This document shows, one piece after another, positions 36,647 through 49,356 of a stretch of DNA of 64,000 nucleotides. A program made the position numbers and the translations under genes. The DNA is from Penicillus capitatus (lineage: Eukaryota > Plantae > Chlorophyta). The notes under the pieces are model-generated. The model saw only the letters and a program-made list of their open reading frames with translations, searched no databases and was not told where the DNA came from. Where the stretch lies: contig OZ287712.1 in the NCBI GenBank assembly GCA_965649825.1, positions 62,001 to 126,000 of the forward strand. Direction: 5' to 3'. Position 1 is the stretch's first letter; every line of letters begins with the position of its first letter.

Positions 36647-39200
36647 GCGGTTGTGCGCTCCATGCGTTGCCAAACACACGACGTTCGCGCCTACCTTGAA
36701 AAATCGGCACCGTACATGACGTGCGGCTTTTCGCTCCTCGTCGCTGAACGATTAGACAACCGTTGCATGAAGTGTGAACTTCACAACGCAGAAAAGACAC
36801 GGATCAACATCTTCGTCGTCCATTCGACGGTCAGCATCCGTCGAGACACCGAGCTTGAACCGCATCGAATAGACCTCCGACCTCTCACCGCATCATAAGA
36901 AGAACGCACGTGCACTCTTCAGCGCTCAGATCCCGAACACAACAGCAGCGAACGGCCTCGAGACGCACGGTCGCGAACATACACGCTCTCGTCCGTGACA
37001 GGTCTTTTCATTTGAACGTTTTTCACGACGATATGCCGGACGAAGAGAAGGAAGACGATTGCGTCCTGCATACGCTGACGAAGCTGGCCGAGTCCTGCAG
37101 AGCGGCACCGAGGTTTGGGAAGAACGGGAGGGAACTGGTATTGGCCGCTCTCAGCTGTATCGACGACGACTACGAGTTCGAGCCACCCCCTCCCGCCCCT
37201 TCGCCTTCTCGAACCGTCACTGCGCCACACGTCGAGGTCAAGCAGACGCCTTCCGTTTCGAAGCCCCCACTCAGCGGTGCTGCACACCGCCGGTCTCCCT
37301 GGCGATTCGATTTCTGTCGCCGCAGACAAGGAGCTGTTCGAGTCCATTCCGCCGGTCGAGCGTCCTTACATACGGTACAGGATTGGCCAAAAGGTTCCGA
37401 AGATCGCAAGGCAGACGGAGGTGAATCAGCTCTCGGCGAAGTACCTCTGTCTGCTGCTTCAGAGGAGGCAACTCGAAGGAAAGAACGAGTGGATCCAGGC
37501 AAACAGACACGCATAAGGCGCTCCTTGAATGCGGGTGCGTGATTCAGGAGATTGAAAAGAACGAGGCGCTGAGGAGTGCAGCGGTGGAAGCAGCGAGCCG
37601 TCACGAAGCCAGCATCTACGCCAAGACCTACAACGAAACAGTAGTCGCACCGAATCGCACGTCGCTGGGTGACTGTTCTGACAAGATGTGATGGTGTGGC
37701 AGAACTACGTGAGGACCATGCGGGCCGAGCAGGCCTGCCCCGGATTTGTGGATGACTGCTACTGGAAGGATCAGGCGATCAACCGGATGGAATCGGTCAA
37801 TTCCAGTCTCGACGTCGCGATCACTCACGCCTCGGACAGCAGAGACCAGAAGGTGGCACCGGAGACCGACAGGGGTCCCTCTCCTCGTCCCTGTGTCGTT
37901 GCGTCAAGGCACGTGTCTGCAGATGTGGAGATGCGATCCATCAGCGACGACGTCCCAACGAGGGCGCGGAGGCATGGTCCAAATCACTCGTTGAGCGGCG
38001 AGAGCACGACGAGTCCGACGCGCATGTCGGACGCATCTTTGAGATCGGGTCGCGACTTGACGTCCGTCGAGCGACCGGCGAAGCAGCGCAGAACGGAACC
38101 GACGAGTGAACCTGGTCGGGATCCCCGTGCATCCGGTCGGCACGGACAGCCTCCGCGGTCTCAATCGAAGCAGGACCGCCTCGATCCTCGTGCCAAGAAG
38201 CGGCAGCAATTGCTGCTGTTCATCAAGCGCATCTTGGACCCTTACTTTGCGGCGGGGCTGATCGAGCGGGAAACCTACAAGAGGATCGCCGGGAGAGCCC
38301 TCGACAAGGTTCTGGCCACCCACAGAAGGGAAGAGACGGCGGATTTTATACTCTCCGACGGCATGCGCATCCGGAGCCTGATCGAAGAGTACGTCCTTTA
38401 CTACAGAAAGGAGAGCAAGTGACGCAAGAAGTAAGTGACGGCGGCCTTTCGGAATCTGTTCGAGACACGCGAAGATGGACAGTGGTCGTGTGGCATCACA
38501 GTCTTTTCGAGTACACCAGTCGCGCATAGTGACTATCCATTGCTATCAGTTCGTCATGTGTCCCTTTCTCAACGACGGACCCATTTTTGAGTACGGCTAT
38601 GACGTCTGCACTCTTGATCGTCGACAGGCGGTGGGCAATCACCATTACCGTCCGGCCGACCATTAACCGATCTAACGCTTCTTGAACCTAGAAACACGCA
38701 TTGCACATTTTAGCACGATTTTTATCTGCTGCTGCAGTTTCTCTTGCCTTCGCCTCGCTCCGCAGATCCAGCGAAGACGTCGCCTCGTCCAGCAGCACGA
38801 TGGGAGCATCCTTCAGCAACGCCCGCGCGATGGCAATGCGTTGTCGTTCTCCCCCGGACAGCAGCACTCCTTTCTCCCCCACCTTGGTGTTGTAGCCCTC
38901 CGGGAGTTCTTGGATGAATTCGTGAGCGTTGGCGGAGACGGCGACTTCGACGACGGCCTTCATCGTTGCGCCCTCTTGTCTGCCGTAGCAGATGTTATCG
39001 TAGATGCTTCCTCTGAACAGCACAGCCTCCTGGCTGACGAGCGCGACGGCCGAGTTCCAGTCTTTCCTGTCGAACTGGTCAGCCGGGATACCGTTCAGAA
39101 GAACCTTTCCGGAATCCGGCTCGTAAAACCGACAAATTAGCGAGGACACCGTGGATTTGCCGGAGCCGCTTTCGCCAACGAGTGCTGTCCGCGTTCCGTG
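36647..39200 (+). repeat. Arm A of a roughly 2.55 kb inverted segmental duplication (partner 56098-58640)
   Basis: Reverse-complement match to 56098-58640. The ORF track shows mirrored near-identical ORFs (37688-38422 + versus 56872-57606 -; 38682-39140 + versus 56158-56616 -). Confidence 0.95.
37033..38422 (+). CDS. Protein with C-terminal SRI (Set2-Rpb1-interacting)-like domain, resembling the C-terminal half of plant At4g10930/PHRF1-type proteins; copy A, 5' end uncertain
   Basis: C-terminus QLLLFIKRILDPYFAAGLIERETYKRIAGRALDKVL...RIRSLIEEYVLYYRK fits the SRI-type helical pattern. Upstream spliced exons give QKVPKIARQ...EAASRHEASIYAKTYNETNY via introns 37499-37547 (GC-AG) and 37641-37702. 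Family assignment is from memory. Confidence 0.55.
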
Positions 39201-40587
39201 AAGGAGTTCCAGATCCAACTTCTTCAGAACGGTGACGCTTGGCCTCAGTGGATAAGCAAAGCACACGTTCCGCAAGAGCAGGTCTCCTCTCGCCGCCGCA
39301 ATGCGCGTCTTGGGCTTTCCATTCTCCACGTTCTCTTCCATCATGGGCTTCTTCACAAGGAGTGTCTTTCTGGGACCAGGAACGGGATGCATGGAAGAGA
39401 GGAGCTTCCGGACGCGGGACAAAGCGCTCTCCGCCTTTCGGAAATCCATCAGTGTGTTGATGACCCCCTGACAAGCGTAGACCAGCGAGAAGACGTATCC
39501 AATCGCAGCAACCAGCACGCGGTAGGGCAAGACTCCCTGTCGGACGAGGTGGCCGCCATACCAGAACAGCACGAGCAGGGAGATATGGACGGCACCTCGA
39601 TTGAGGCCCTCCACCAGGGCCTTAGCTCGTCCAAAGAGCAGACCATGTCGCAAAGATTCCTTTACGGATGTATCGAATCGACCCATCTCCATGTTCTCTC
39701 CGCCAAACGAACGCACCGTTCGGATGTGACTGACAGCCTGATCAGCAACCGACACCAGTTCGGCTAGTGCCTGGAACTGAGCGTCCTCTACGCATTTGGT
39801 GGAGCGTTTGTACAGAGATGCCGAAGCCGCCGTCGCCAAGATCACACCTACACAACCAATTGTCTCGTCCATCGTCGAGGATCGATGGCGGCCTACCGCA
39901 CAGAACGGGAGCCAATCTCCATGACATCCAGAACAGGACAGTGATGACCCCAGCAACCTCCAAGATGGACCGAAGCCCGCGATCACGTGTGACGTTGGCA
40001 AAGACAAAGTGTCGCAGCGTATCCAGTTCCACGGCGAGAAAATTGGTGAACTCTGCCGTCCTGTGACGATCAAAAAAAGAGACCTCTTCGTGCAGCAGTC
40101 GATCAAAGACTTCTCTCCTTAGCTCTGCCAAAACCGTCTCTCCTGCAGCGATGACGCTTCGCATGTAGAATGAACTCAGTATTGGCTCGACGATGTAAGC
40201 CAGACAGAAGACGGCCAGAACAGACATGTATTGTCGGACAGGTGATCCGACGACGAGAAACTCAAAGAGGATGCCCATGAAGACGGGAGCCGCCACATTG
40301 CTCATGACACAGAGCACTGCTGCGATACCACTCATCACCAGCCGTTTCCATTGACGGGAAATCGCTCGGGAGAGACTGCTTGAGGAGGCGGGTGGCGTTT
40401 GGTGTTCCAATCGAACCACGTTGCCCGTTTCGAGTACTGCCTGGGAAGGCATCCTGCTTCCGGGCGGTCTTACCCGGGCGACGACGACGTTCTTCCGGCG
40501 ACGTCCCATAGGTCGAACATGAAAACGGCCGAGAGGAAAACGAGAAAACAGTGGCGAATGAACGGCCCTGGACACAGACACGTACAT
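38496..40587 (-). CDS. ABCB28: Plastid-type half-size ABC transporter, ABCB subfamily (TMD-NBD)
   Basis: Transmembrane exons ([17 protein letters not shown]...), Walker A GESGSGKS, signature LSGGERQR, Walker B LLDEATS, last exon IAHRLSTI after the GC-AG intron 38747-38688. Confidence 0.85.
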
Positions 40588-40622
40588 CTACTCACCAAAA
40601 ATCTTGTTCGATCGTTCTTTAG

Positions 40623-41671
40623 ATGACCACCATTGACACACGTTCAACCATTCTACACTGCTGTCCGGTCATCGCCATGCGAGGAGGGTCTGACGATCTC
40701 TATCGTCACGTGGCAAAAGAAGCGAGGGGCATTGTGCGGCAGGTGTTGTTCTCGAGGATCAAGTCTTGTCGGATCTCCGAAGTCTTGTGTCCGACAACGA
40801 CGATCGAGGGTCGGCTTGCAAGTCTGAAGACGTCCAAAGAGTGGCAGAGTGTCGATGGACAGATGCCTGTGGTGATTAGATAACAGCGGCTATTTCGCGA
40901 GAGAAGAAGAGAGAGATTGTCGGAGTGGTGAAGTCGAAACTCGAGACCAGTACCTTGGTCTTTGGGATGAGCATGAACGGCCTGACCGTCAGATCCTATC
41001 GCCAAACACCGAGATGTGAAATGGGATGTCTGCAGGTGAAACAGATGGAGGAGCTTCGTGGATCAATTCCACCAGATCATGCTTCGATCTACGTGTGCAA
41101 GAATTCCCTGATGAAGATCGCGGCCGACCAGGTGGATGGGTGGTCGAGTCTGCGTCCCATTGCCAAAGTGCCTATTCGAGATAAAAAGCACGAATGACCC
41201 TTCATTCTCTTCGGCTGTAATGTGACAGAAGGCAAATGCCTGGGTCTTTGTGAATGAAGATGGCATCTCGGAGGTCGTCAAGACGTGGTTGGACTTCGAA
41301 AAGACACAGACGAAGATCCTTCAGGACAATGCAGAAAAGGATGAGGTCGTGGGTCATGCGACAGCGCTCTCCGGAGGCGCATTGAATGGACGATTCTGTA
41401 CCGCAGAGGAGGTAGAGTCCGTCCTCTTAAGCACCAGACGTCAGCAACTGGTTTTCAGATCGCAAAGCTCAAGGATCTGCCGACGAAGCAAGAGTCGTTG
41501 GTGTCGCTGTTGGGTATCCTCAATGCGATGCCTGTGAATGTGCTCTCCACTCTGAACCAAGTTCCGATGCAATTGGCCTTCAGTGTGGATCGCATCGCCG
41601 AACTGGACGAAGACAAAACGCGAACGGCACGTGAATTTGTCAAACCGGCTGATGCAGCAGAGAGTGTCTGA
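40623..41671 (+). CDS. PRPL10: Plastid 50S ribosomal protein uL10c, nucleus-encoded with transit peptide
   Basis: The spliced product contains AISREKKREIV, VCKNSLMKIAA, GGALNGRF and LKDLPTKQE. TGTAA lies 1 nt after the stop (41673-41677). The start codon is inferred. Confidence 0.8.
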
Positions 41672-41760
41672 CTGTAAGAGCGACCTTGTATCTCAGTTTT
41701 GTTGGGGAGAGCATGGAGAGGTTAAGAATTGAATTAAATAAAAACTGCCCTCCGCAATTT

Positions 41761-42733
41761 TCAGACCTCCTCTTGAGCCGCAATCTTCGTTTGCTGTTTG
41801 TATGCCGAAAGCGCATAGCTCTCAAATCTTTGCAGATTATCTGCAAGCACAGACTCGACCACTGGCGTCAGCAACTGGAAACAGACACGCGCGTAAACAC
41901 ATTCTGCTCGTCACACAAGAGGGACGACATTGGCAAAGGGAGTGAGAAGTTCGGGAACTTGATAAGAAATGGACAGCGTGACGGAGCAGGACCCCGAGGT
42001 CACCGCAAAGAAGCGAACGTTTCCTCTAGACAACGAAACATACGTCAGTGCTCAGGGCTGTGGAAACACGAAGACTGACATGTTCTCTAAGGCCACGGCC
42101 GTTCCGCTGGTCTTGAACGTCGACGGTGGTCTCTCAGATTTCCAATGAACCTGTCATCAACCACGAAGCATCTCACTCTTTCCAACTCTACAAGATCGAT
42201 TGGAGAGAGGGGTAATGCCTTTCGATTAGGAATGGGGTCTAGATTTCGTGCGACCCATGTGAGTTCCCAGGCCTGACCGAATTGCTCCGTCTTCAGTGTC
42301 CAACAGGACAGTGCATTGTCTTCCTCCAGCACCTTCACCAGGTCTGTCTCTACAGCGTGTGCGACGACGTGACAGGACGGTGAGGGACTTTGACAGAATC
42401 GATCCATGGCATCCATGCCGGTATCAGTTCCCGATCGAGCCACAATCGATAGCAGACGTCGTCCGGGGCAGCAATCTCGCGTTTGGCGCTAAAGAGGCAC
42501 GGACTGTCGACAGCAGAAACGAAGGAGAAGCATCGTGACCTATTCTCCACCCACTCTGCTCGACATGTACCCAAGTGCCTTGCCGTTCTCCATGGCCTTT
42601 CCTTACTACCTACACCCGCCATCACACAGATCTACGCAATATCGTCCTCGGTGCGTGATTTGGCCACACTTTGGCGTGGGAGCCTTCGTGGATGCGCCGT
42701 TGGCGTCAACGGCGTTCCAATTCGACAGATCAT
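41761..42733 (-). CDS. Polyketide cyclase/dehydrase (SRPBCC/START-like) family protein, probably plastid-targeted
   Basis: Spliced EWVENSAKREIAAPDDVCYRLWLDRELIPAWMPWIDSVKVL...WVARNLDPIPNRKVHWKS...GNVRF...TLSISYQVPELLTPFANLLTPVVESVLADNLQRFESYA. Start uncertain. Confidence 0.7.
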
Positions 42734-42853
42734 TCGGCGCAGAATGACAAAGATGGGGAGTACGACGGAACAAGGCAGAGACGTTCGGCCGCGCCGTTGT
42801 CGACCGTTTTGTCTCTATCTTGCGCACAGGATTGGCCGTGCTTTTTTGCAGTC

Positions 42854-45789
42854 ATGATCTTTCTCTCCTTTTGGATCTTTGCCCTACTGATATTCTCAGC
42901 AGCAACGTCGAGTCACCGCGGCGACGACCGCACTCTAGAGATTCGAATGCCTCCTTACGAAGTGAAAGAAGAAGACACGTATCTCTGCACGGCCATCGAA
43001 CTCCCTGACACTCCGATGAAGCTCATTGCCGTGGAGCCAAAATCAGACCAGAACATTGCACACCATATGCTTCTCTTCGGTAACGTTCTGGGAAAGATTG
43101 CGACCTGTTGCAAAACGGATGCCTTAGGCTGTCAGACTCCTGCAAAAGAGGTACCCGTCTGGCACTGTCGACATGAACCGCGCTGCAAAGATGAAGACAT
43201 GTTGATGTGCGGCTTTGCCTTGTCCTGACCGAGGAATACCGTTTCTCTGCGTTCTAGATATGGATGGGGAAGAAATGCTGATCCTGTGAGGTACCCAGAC
43301 GGAGTAGCCTTCTCTGTGGGGAAAAACACCAACATCCACGTGCTCGTTCTCCAGGTGCCTCCTTCAACATGAGTCATCCGATACCCTTTACAGCGTCGTC
43401 CAGGTGCATTATCTGGACAAGCGGCCGAAGGAAGACGCATCTGGGGTCCTTCTCCAGTAGAGACTGTCGGCCAGTCATTGCCTGCAGTGAATTCTCTCTT
43501 GTGTAGTTTGTCTCAGCAGCCGTCCGAAAAGACAGCATCGATCCTTATGTATGCCTCGATGTTTGTCATCCCACCTGGCCGCGCCAAACATCCAGTCGAC
43601 AACGAATGCTGCTACTCGGGATTCGAGCCGCTGACGTCTGTCGCCTTCAGAGTGCATACCCATGATCTCGGACGGTCCGTCGCCCAGCACACATGATGGC
43701 AGTATAGTGACTAAGTGTGACCTTACATAGTAAGGTGTACATGACGAGAACCGCAGGCAATGTTTCTAACGCCTCCATCATTGCCGAGAGAAACCCACTG
43801 CTGCCGCAAGTATTCGCAACTGACTGATGTGACAGGTGCAGTAAACAGCTGTGTGTCATCGTCAGGGTTTTGTTCCTGTCAATGAAGCCACACGTATCCT
43901 TCCCGGAGATAGATTAAAAGTCACATGCGACTTTGACTCTTCGAATAAGACGGATAAAGTAGTATCTGGCTTCAAGCATAACGACGAAATGTGCAATATG
44001 TGTGATTGACTCCCTGTCCGATCTCGTCAGCCGACAGTCGTGTGTACCATAGGTATATGATTACCTATTCCGAGATCCCACACTTTGGCGATTGCAATAA
44101 TGGACATGGCTTCTTCTTTGGCCAAGGGACAGGCATCATGCAAGAGAATGCAACGATGGAGACAGAACAGAGCGTGTCGGATTACTGGAGGGGACCAAAT
44201 ATCGATCTGCACGAGTTCATCGGAGAGGTCTGCCTGTCTATGACCCTATCGACATCGGATAAAGGCGGCTGTGATTCAGTCTGTGGGTGTGGATCGTGGA
44301 CATGATGGGCGGCTGTGGTTTCTCCACAGATCGGATCGCCGAATGGATATGAAGGAGAAAAGAGGTCAGCTTTACGTCAAGGACCGATCCCTTATCTACA
44401 ACGACACAGTGATGGTCTTGAACGCAGTAACTGGACAGGTCTGTTCGTCGAAGATCTCTCCCTGGCAATACAGGAATGCTGTGTACGGAACAGACGGAGG
44501 CAAAATGGGGAGCCGAGTTCTTCAGCGTGCCTCACAAATTGACCATTGCTCCGGATGAGTCGGTCTGGATAACAGATGTCGGAAAGCATCAAGTGAGGGA
44601 TCGCTCTTTTAAATGGCGGCTGGATCGTGTCCTGTTCTGGAAGGTTTTTAAGTTCTCTCCCAGAGGGAAGCTGCTGTTGGCCTTGGGAGATGCATTTGAG
44701 CCTGGTTCCGGGTCATTTCAGTTCTGTGCACCGACGGCTGTGGCCGTCTTATCTAATGGATCTGTCCTCGTGTCCGATGGCTACTGCAACAAACGCATCT
44801 CCCATTTCAGTTCAGAAGGAGGTCCCATCACATCTCCCTTCTCCTCACGCAGGAATAACTGATGTCCCTCTCTGCAGTCTTTCTGTCAGAAATCAAGGAT
44901 TCTGATTTATCTTTGCCACATGATCTGGTGGCCGATGAGTGTGGAGATATCCTGTACGTAGCGGACAGAGAGAACGGAAAGGTGGTTTTCTATCGTCTGT
45001 CATCCATGGAGCGTCTCGGTGGAGTGCATCCCTTGCTTGTCTACTTGCAAGTGATGTGGCATTTGGTTAAACAGGCGATTTGTATCTGGGAGGATACGTT
45101 ATGGCGTTAACTCGAGGGCCGTATCAGACGTTCCTGGCGCTCTCGTGGGAGGCGGGACGTGATTCTAGGGTCTACCAGATCGAAGCCAACGCCCATGCAC
45201 TGCCAACGGTCCGAGCATCGTGGAAAGTGTGTGCCATCAGAAGAGATAAGGACACACTTGTTGACCGGCACTGTGCAGATCGCCGCATCTCCCTTTCCAC
45301 ATGACATGGTACTGTCGGCAGCTCCAATCGAGTTGACGGGACCAGGAGATCGGCTCTTTGCATTGTACATTGCAGAAGTGGAAGGCGAAAGGCTGTCCAA
45401 GTACATCCTCGTGCCGACCTCCTCAAACCATACAGCATTAAGTTGATACCCATCCATCTCCTTTCGCTGCATACGCATCGTGCATTCCTCGCAGATGGGA
45501 TCAGGAAGATGGACACCGATGAAAAGTCGCCTTCCGAAACGAGCAGCGCCAAGACATGGGTATGTCCATGGTGTTGCCCGTGTGATGCATGATGGTGTGC
45601 TAGGTCGCGCATCTGGCCACACAGCAGGCCATCTTGGCAAACCGCCTACACCGAAACTCGGTCTTCCACCCTGAGACCGTTTCCACAAGGAAACCGCAGA
45701 GTGTCCGCATGGGTCTTTTCGTTTTTCTCACCACGGCAACAGTCATCTGTTTCATTTTCTATTACATGCGAAGAGGCCGGCGCAAATGA
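42854..45789 (+). CDS. PAM: Bifunctional peptidylglycine alpha-amidating monooxygenase (PHM + PAL), type I membrane protein
   Basis: Signal peptide MIFLSFWIFALLIFSAATSS. PHM copper ligands AHHMLLF, LQVHY, RVHTH and DEMCN. PAL NHL repeats WITDVGKHQV, SDGYCNKRI, LPHDL, ADRENG and PHDM. C-terminal TM segment GLFVFLTTATVICFIFYY followed by MRRGRRK*. Confidence 0.9.
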
Positions 45790-45821
45790 GATAGATCACT
45801 GTCCGAAAGAGACGTTTGTAA
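45762..45821. promoter_or_regulatory. Candidate chlorophyte poly(A) signals (TGTAA) for the convergent PAM and CBP20 genes
   Basis: TGTAA on + at 45817-45821 after the PAM stop, and on - at 45766-45762 after the CBP20 stop. UGUAA is the established chlorophyte near-upstream element. Confidence 0.5.
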
Positions 45822-45831
45822 GAATGAGATC

Positions 45832-46392
45832 TCATGTTTGTGTCTCCGTCGTTGAGGGCATGGCCTCGTCCTCCTCTTCTTTAGGTGCCTCTGTTTTGGG
45901 TTTCTTTCGTGCATCTGCTGCATCGATGGATGCCAGTTCGGCTCGAATCCGTTTCCCCCAGCCGCCTCTGTCGGCATCGAATGTCGTCCGATGTTCATCG
46001 CGCACTTGTCCTCCATTCTTCCCGCGACCATAGCGTCGTGTCTCCAGTGCCCCACCCCAGTCCAAATCCGTTCGTATGGGCCGGCTGTCCAGCAGCAATC
46101 CATTGAGAAAGCGTACACAGGTCTCGGCATCATCCCGAGTGAAGTACACGACGAAACAGAATCCGCATGGAGTGTTGAGAAACTTGTCCAGGCCCATCAG
46201 AATCTGTTTGATGGGACCCGCTCGTGAGAACAGCGCCGCCACCTGCATCTCGGTGGTATAGAACGAGAGGTTCCCGACATAGACAGCCGTCGAACGACTC
46301 AGACATTGATCGTATTCCTTCTCGCTGCCATCGAACAGTCCATCCACGTAATCCGACAGAACGGGACGCAACTTGCGCCAGAGAGATGACAT
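45832..46392 (-). CDS. CBP20: Nuclear cap-binding protein subunit 2 (CBP20/NCBP2), single exon
   Basis: STAVYVGNLSFYTTE, MGLDKFLNTPCGFCFVVY, IRTDLDWG, RRYGRGKNGGQVRDEHR and DRGGWG. Confidence 0.95.
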   Translation of the reverse strand: MSSLWRKLRPVLSDYVDGLFDGSEKEYDQCLSRSTAVYVGNLSFYTTEMQVAALFSRAGPIKQILMGLDKFLNTPCGFCFVVYFTRDDAETCVRFLNGLLLDSRPIRTDLDWGGALETRRYGRGKNGGQVRDEHRTTFDADRGGWGKRIRAELASIDAADARKKPKTEAPKEEEDEAMPSTTETQT

Positions 46393-46425
46393 GATGAATG
46401 TCAAGATTGGACGTCCGCGTTCCAG

Positions 46426-47099
46426 ATGCACAGCCTTCTGTCTCGCATCAATAACGTCCTGACGACGGCCAGCACTGTCCTCTTTGCCATCTGCGCCGCC
46501 ACCTCGTTCACAGGTCCCCCTGTCATGTCCCCTCGATATGAGGAACGACAGGAGAGTGCAGATCTCTTTCACGATGCGAAAAAGGTCGATATTCTGTTGG
46601 AAATGCAGCAGGTCGATGCACTGAGACTCGACCGTCGCTCAAACAACGAATACGCGTCGCTTCGCTTGGTGTTAGATGCGGATTTGCGCGGAGCTTTTAG
46701 TTGGAACACCAAACAGTTGTTCGTCTATGTCCAAGCAGAGTACGAGACGCCCAACAATCAGCTCAATCAAGTCGTGCTATGGGATGTCATTCTGCAGCAG
46801 AAGGTGAGAGATGCCGACGATGCCTTGTACGACAGGCAACGGTGTGCTGATTCAGGAAAAGGCCAAACTCAAAAAGCGACTTCCAAAGAAGTATCCCTTC
46901 GAAGACGATGGCCAAAACCTAAAGAATCTCGACTTCAATCTCACCGTGGCGTGGAATGTCATGCCCAAAGTCGGTAGGTGTCAGGGGAGAGCTGTGGACA
47001 GGAGGATCGTCTGTGCATGTAGGTCGCCTGTATACCGAGTCGAGGACATTCTCACACTTTCAATTGCCTACCGAGTACATTGTGCCGACAAAATCTTAA
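46426..47099 (+). CDS. SPCS3: Signal peptidase complex subunit 3 (SPC22/23)
   Basis: MHSLLSRINNV, DLRGAFSWNTKQLFVYVQAEYET, NQVVLWDVI, KYPFEDDGQNL and LTVAWNVMPKVG, with 3 introns. Confidence 0.92.
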
Positions 47100-47208
47100 T
47101 ACTTCATTCAGAAGGCGGCCTGTTTGATATTGCTCTCTTGTGCTCGTACACTTATGCATCGATCCAAAGAAAGAGATGGATTGTTTTTCTATGGGTCGTT
47201 GTTTGTGA

Positions 47209-49356
47209 CTATTTAGCAGGAGTGGCTGCCGATTCCCACAAACTAAATCCTTTCTTCATGTCTTCACAGAGCGCCATTTCATCTCTCGCCCCGACGGAGA
47301 CATCCGATGCCGCATCTTCGATTGGGATCACATGATCATCATCCATTTCGGCAACTTCGGCAGATTCCTCATCCGTTGATTCCTGAGAGGAGATATCTTC
47401 GGTCTCGAAATACCTCTGCAGAATCCCAGACGCTACGCGCCTTATCGCTCGCTCATCGTGATCTGCCAACATGATGAGAGTATGTTTGCCGCCGGCATTG
47501 CAGATGCGTTGGGCCACTGGATTGAAACGACTGGAACTGCTGCCCTGGTGCTTCACACGCACACGTTTTTTCTCTTTCTTAGAGGACGTATCGGCACAGT
47601 AGGACTCGTCAACGGTCGAGAGGTTGTAAAACTTTTGAGCACTGGGTCTGCTGCTCGCCGTCAAGACCTAAAGACCATATGATAGGCAACATCGTTCGCC
47701 GACGGTGTTGGTTGGACCTTCTCTAGTGCTTCCAGTGCACTGATCACTGTCTTGGTGTCTTGCCATGTGAGCATCGCACAGAGAGCGCGGATCGTATCTG
47801 CTCCAATCAAGGCATCCAACCCTGCCACTGGTAGATCTGTCACGCAAAACATGTTTATCAGCACAGTGCTGGCTTCGATCTTGGTGTCAAATGCTCCATA
47901 GATGACCAGCTCCACGATCTTGGGGACGATACCAGAGGAGATGATTTTGTTCGCCTGCGATCCACAGCGTGAGGCCGTCAGCAGGGTCGAGTCAGGGAGG
48001 ATAGGGACAGACCACTCGGTATCTGTTGGCAGTGATGTTCTGCAGCGTCCAAAGAATGTTGGACATCGTTTTCTTGTTGATATGAGACCCGACCAGTTTT
48101 TTGAGCTTTGGCAGAAGGCCATCTGTCGATACAAATTCGAGCGCATAGCTCTCAGGTCCAGATAGCAGCTGAGCACAGGCTTTGGACACTGGATAGTGCA
48201 ATGTCTGTCGCTCTGTGTAACTAGACACCAAAGGCAACGTCAGTTCTTGGGCGATCCACGACAAGTCGAGTGCCGTGCGTACATGAGTGCATCTGTCAGG
48301 AGCTTCAAGACGCCACGCTGTACCAAGATCTCTTTCGTTCGGAGCAGGTTCCACTCTTCCGTCGTGAACGATGCGATGGCCCATGCAGCATCGCTGAGAA
48401 CTTGACGATCTCCGTGCTTCATCAGTGTGCAGAGCTGCATGGAGATGCGAGTGATGTAGTCCTAGATGCACAGACAACCGTCTAAACCATTCACATACAA
48501 GGAGAAGGATGACAGATGCGAGACCGATAGCTTCTGAACCGTATCTGCAGAAATTCGCAAGTGCCCATATCGAAATGCGTTCCAAACGCAGATCGCCTCT
48601 GTCCATCTCCAACACGTGCAAGACCCGATCGAGTGCTCCCTTCTCCACGAGTGCCTTTAAGAAGGACCTTTCGGCTGCTATGTTGCCGATCGCCCACAAG
48701 GCCTGGAGACAGCAGCGATGCGAAGATCGCTCTTGTACCGGATCCAAAACACAGACCTGTTCTTTCAGATCCACATTGCTTCGTGTCGTAAAGTTGATCA
48801 GCAGTGGTAGGGCGCCGTTCTCGATAACAACTCGTGTTTCCTCACAGGAACCGGCAGAGACATTTGTCAATGCCCAGGCCGCTTCCAACTGCACAGACCA
48901 CCTGTCACATCATCTCTTTCCGAAGCACAGCCCCTCACTTGTAAGCTTTCGCAGTCATCTGCCCTCAGAGCTTCCACAAAGTAAGGCACGAGTCCCATGT
49001 TAATGATCTTCTGTACATGGGGGTTATTATCTGCATGGTCGCACACCCCGCGCCTCATCTCATGTAGATACGAAACGGTCCAGACCTTCACACAGCAGCC
49101 TTCGGTAGTATCGTATTCCCATGAGCTGTGTTTTCCTGTCGGTGCTGTTCTTGGCAAAGGTCGTGAGGTCGGCCTCTTCCACCGGTTTTGTTAGTGATCC
49201 GTCTTTGACGTAGAGCTAATTCGGCCAGTGATGCCTTTTGGATGCATCCGAGATGCAACGCGGTACGTACTTGCATTCCGTCGAGTCCCTTAATGACCGC
49301 CTCGACCTGCGCCTCGAGACGTTTCTTTCCGTCTTCGAATTCGCGACACTTCGGCA
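47209..49356 (-). CDS. Divergent importin-alpha-like ARM-repeat protein apparently lacking the IBB domain
   Basis: ARM repeats LEAAWALTNVSAG, QALWAIGNIAAE, ISIWALANFC, DAAWAIA, ILWTLQNITA and KIEASTVLIN, with an acidic tail. The spliced N-terminus (MPKCREFEDGKKRLEAQ...) has no Arg-rich IBB. Confidence 0.8.
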
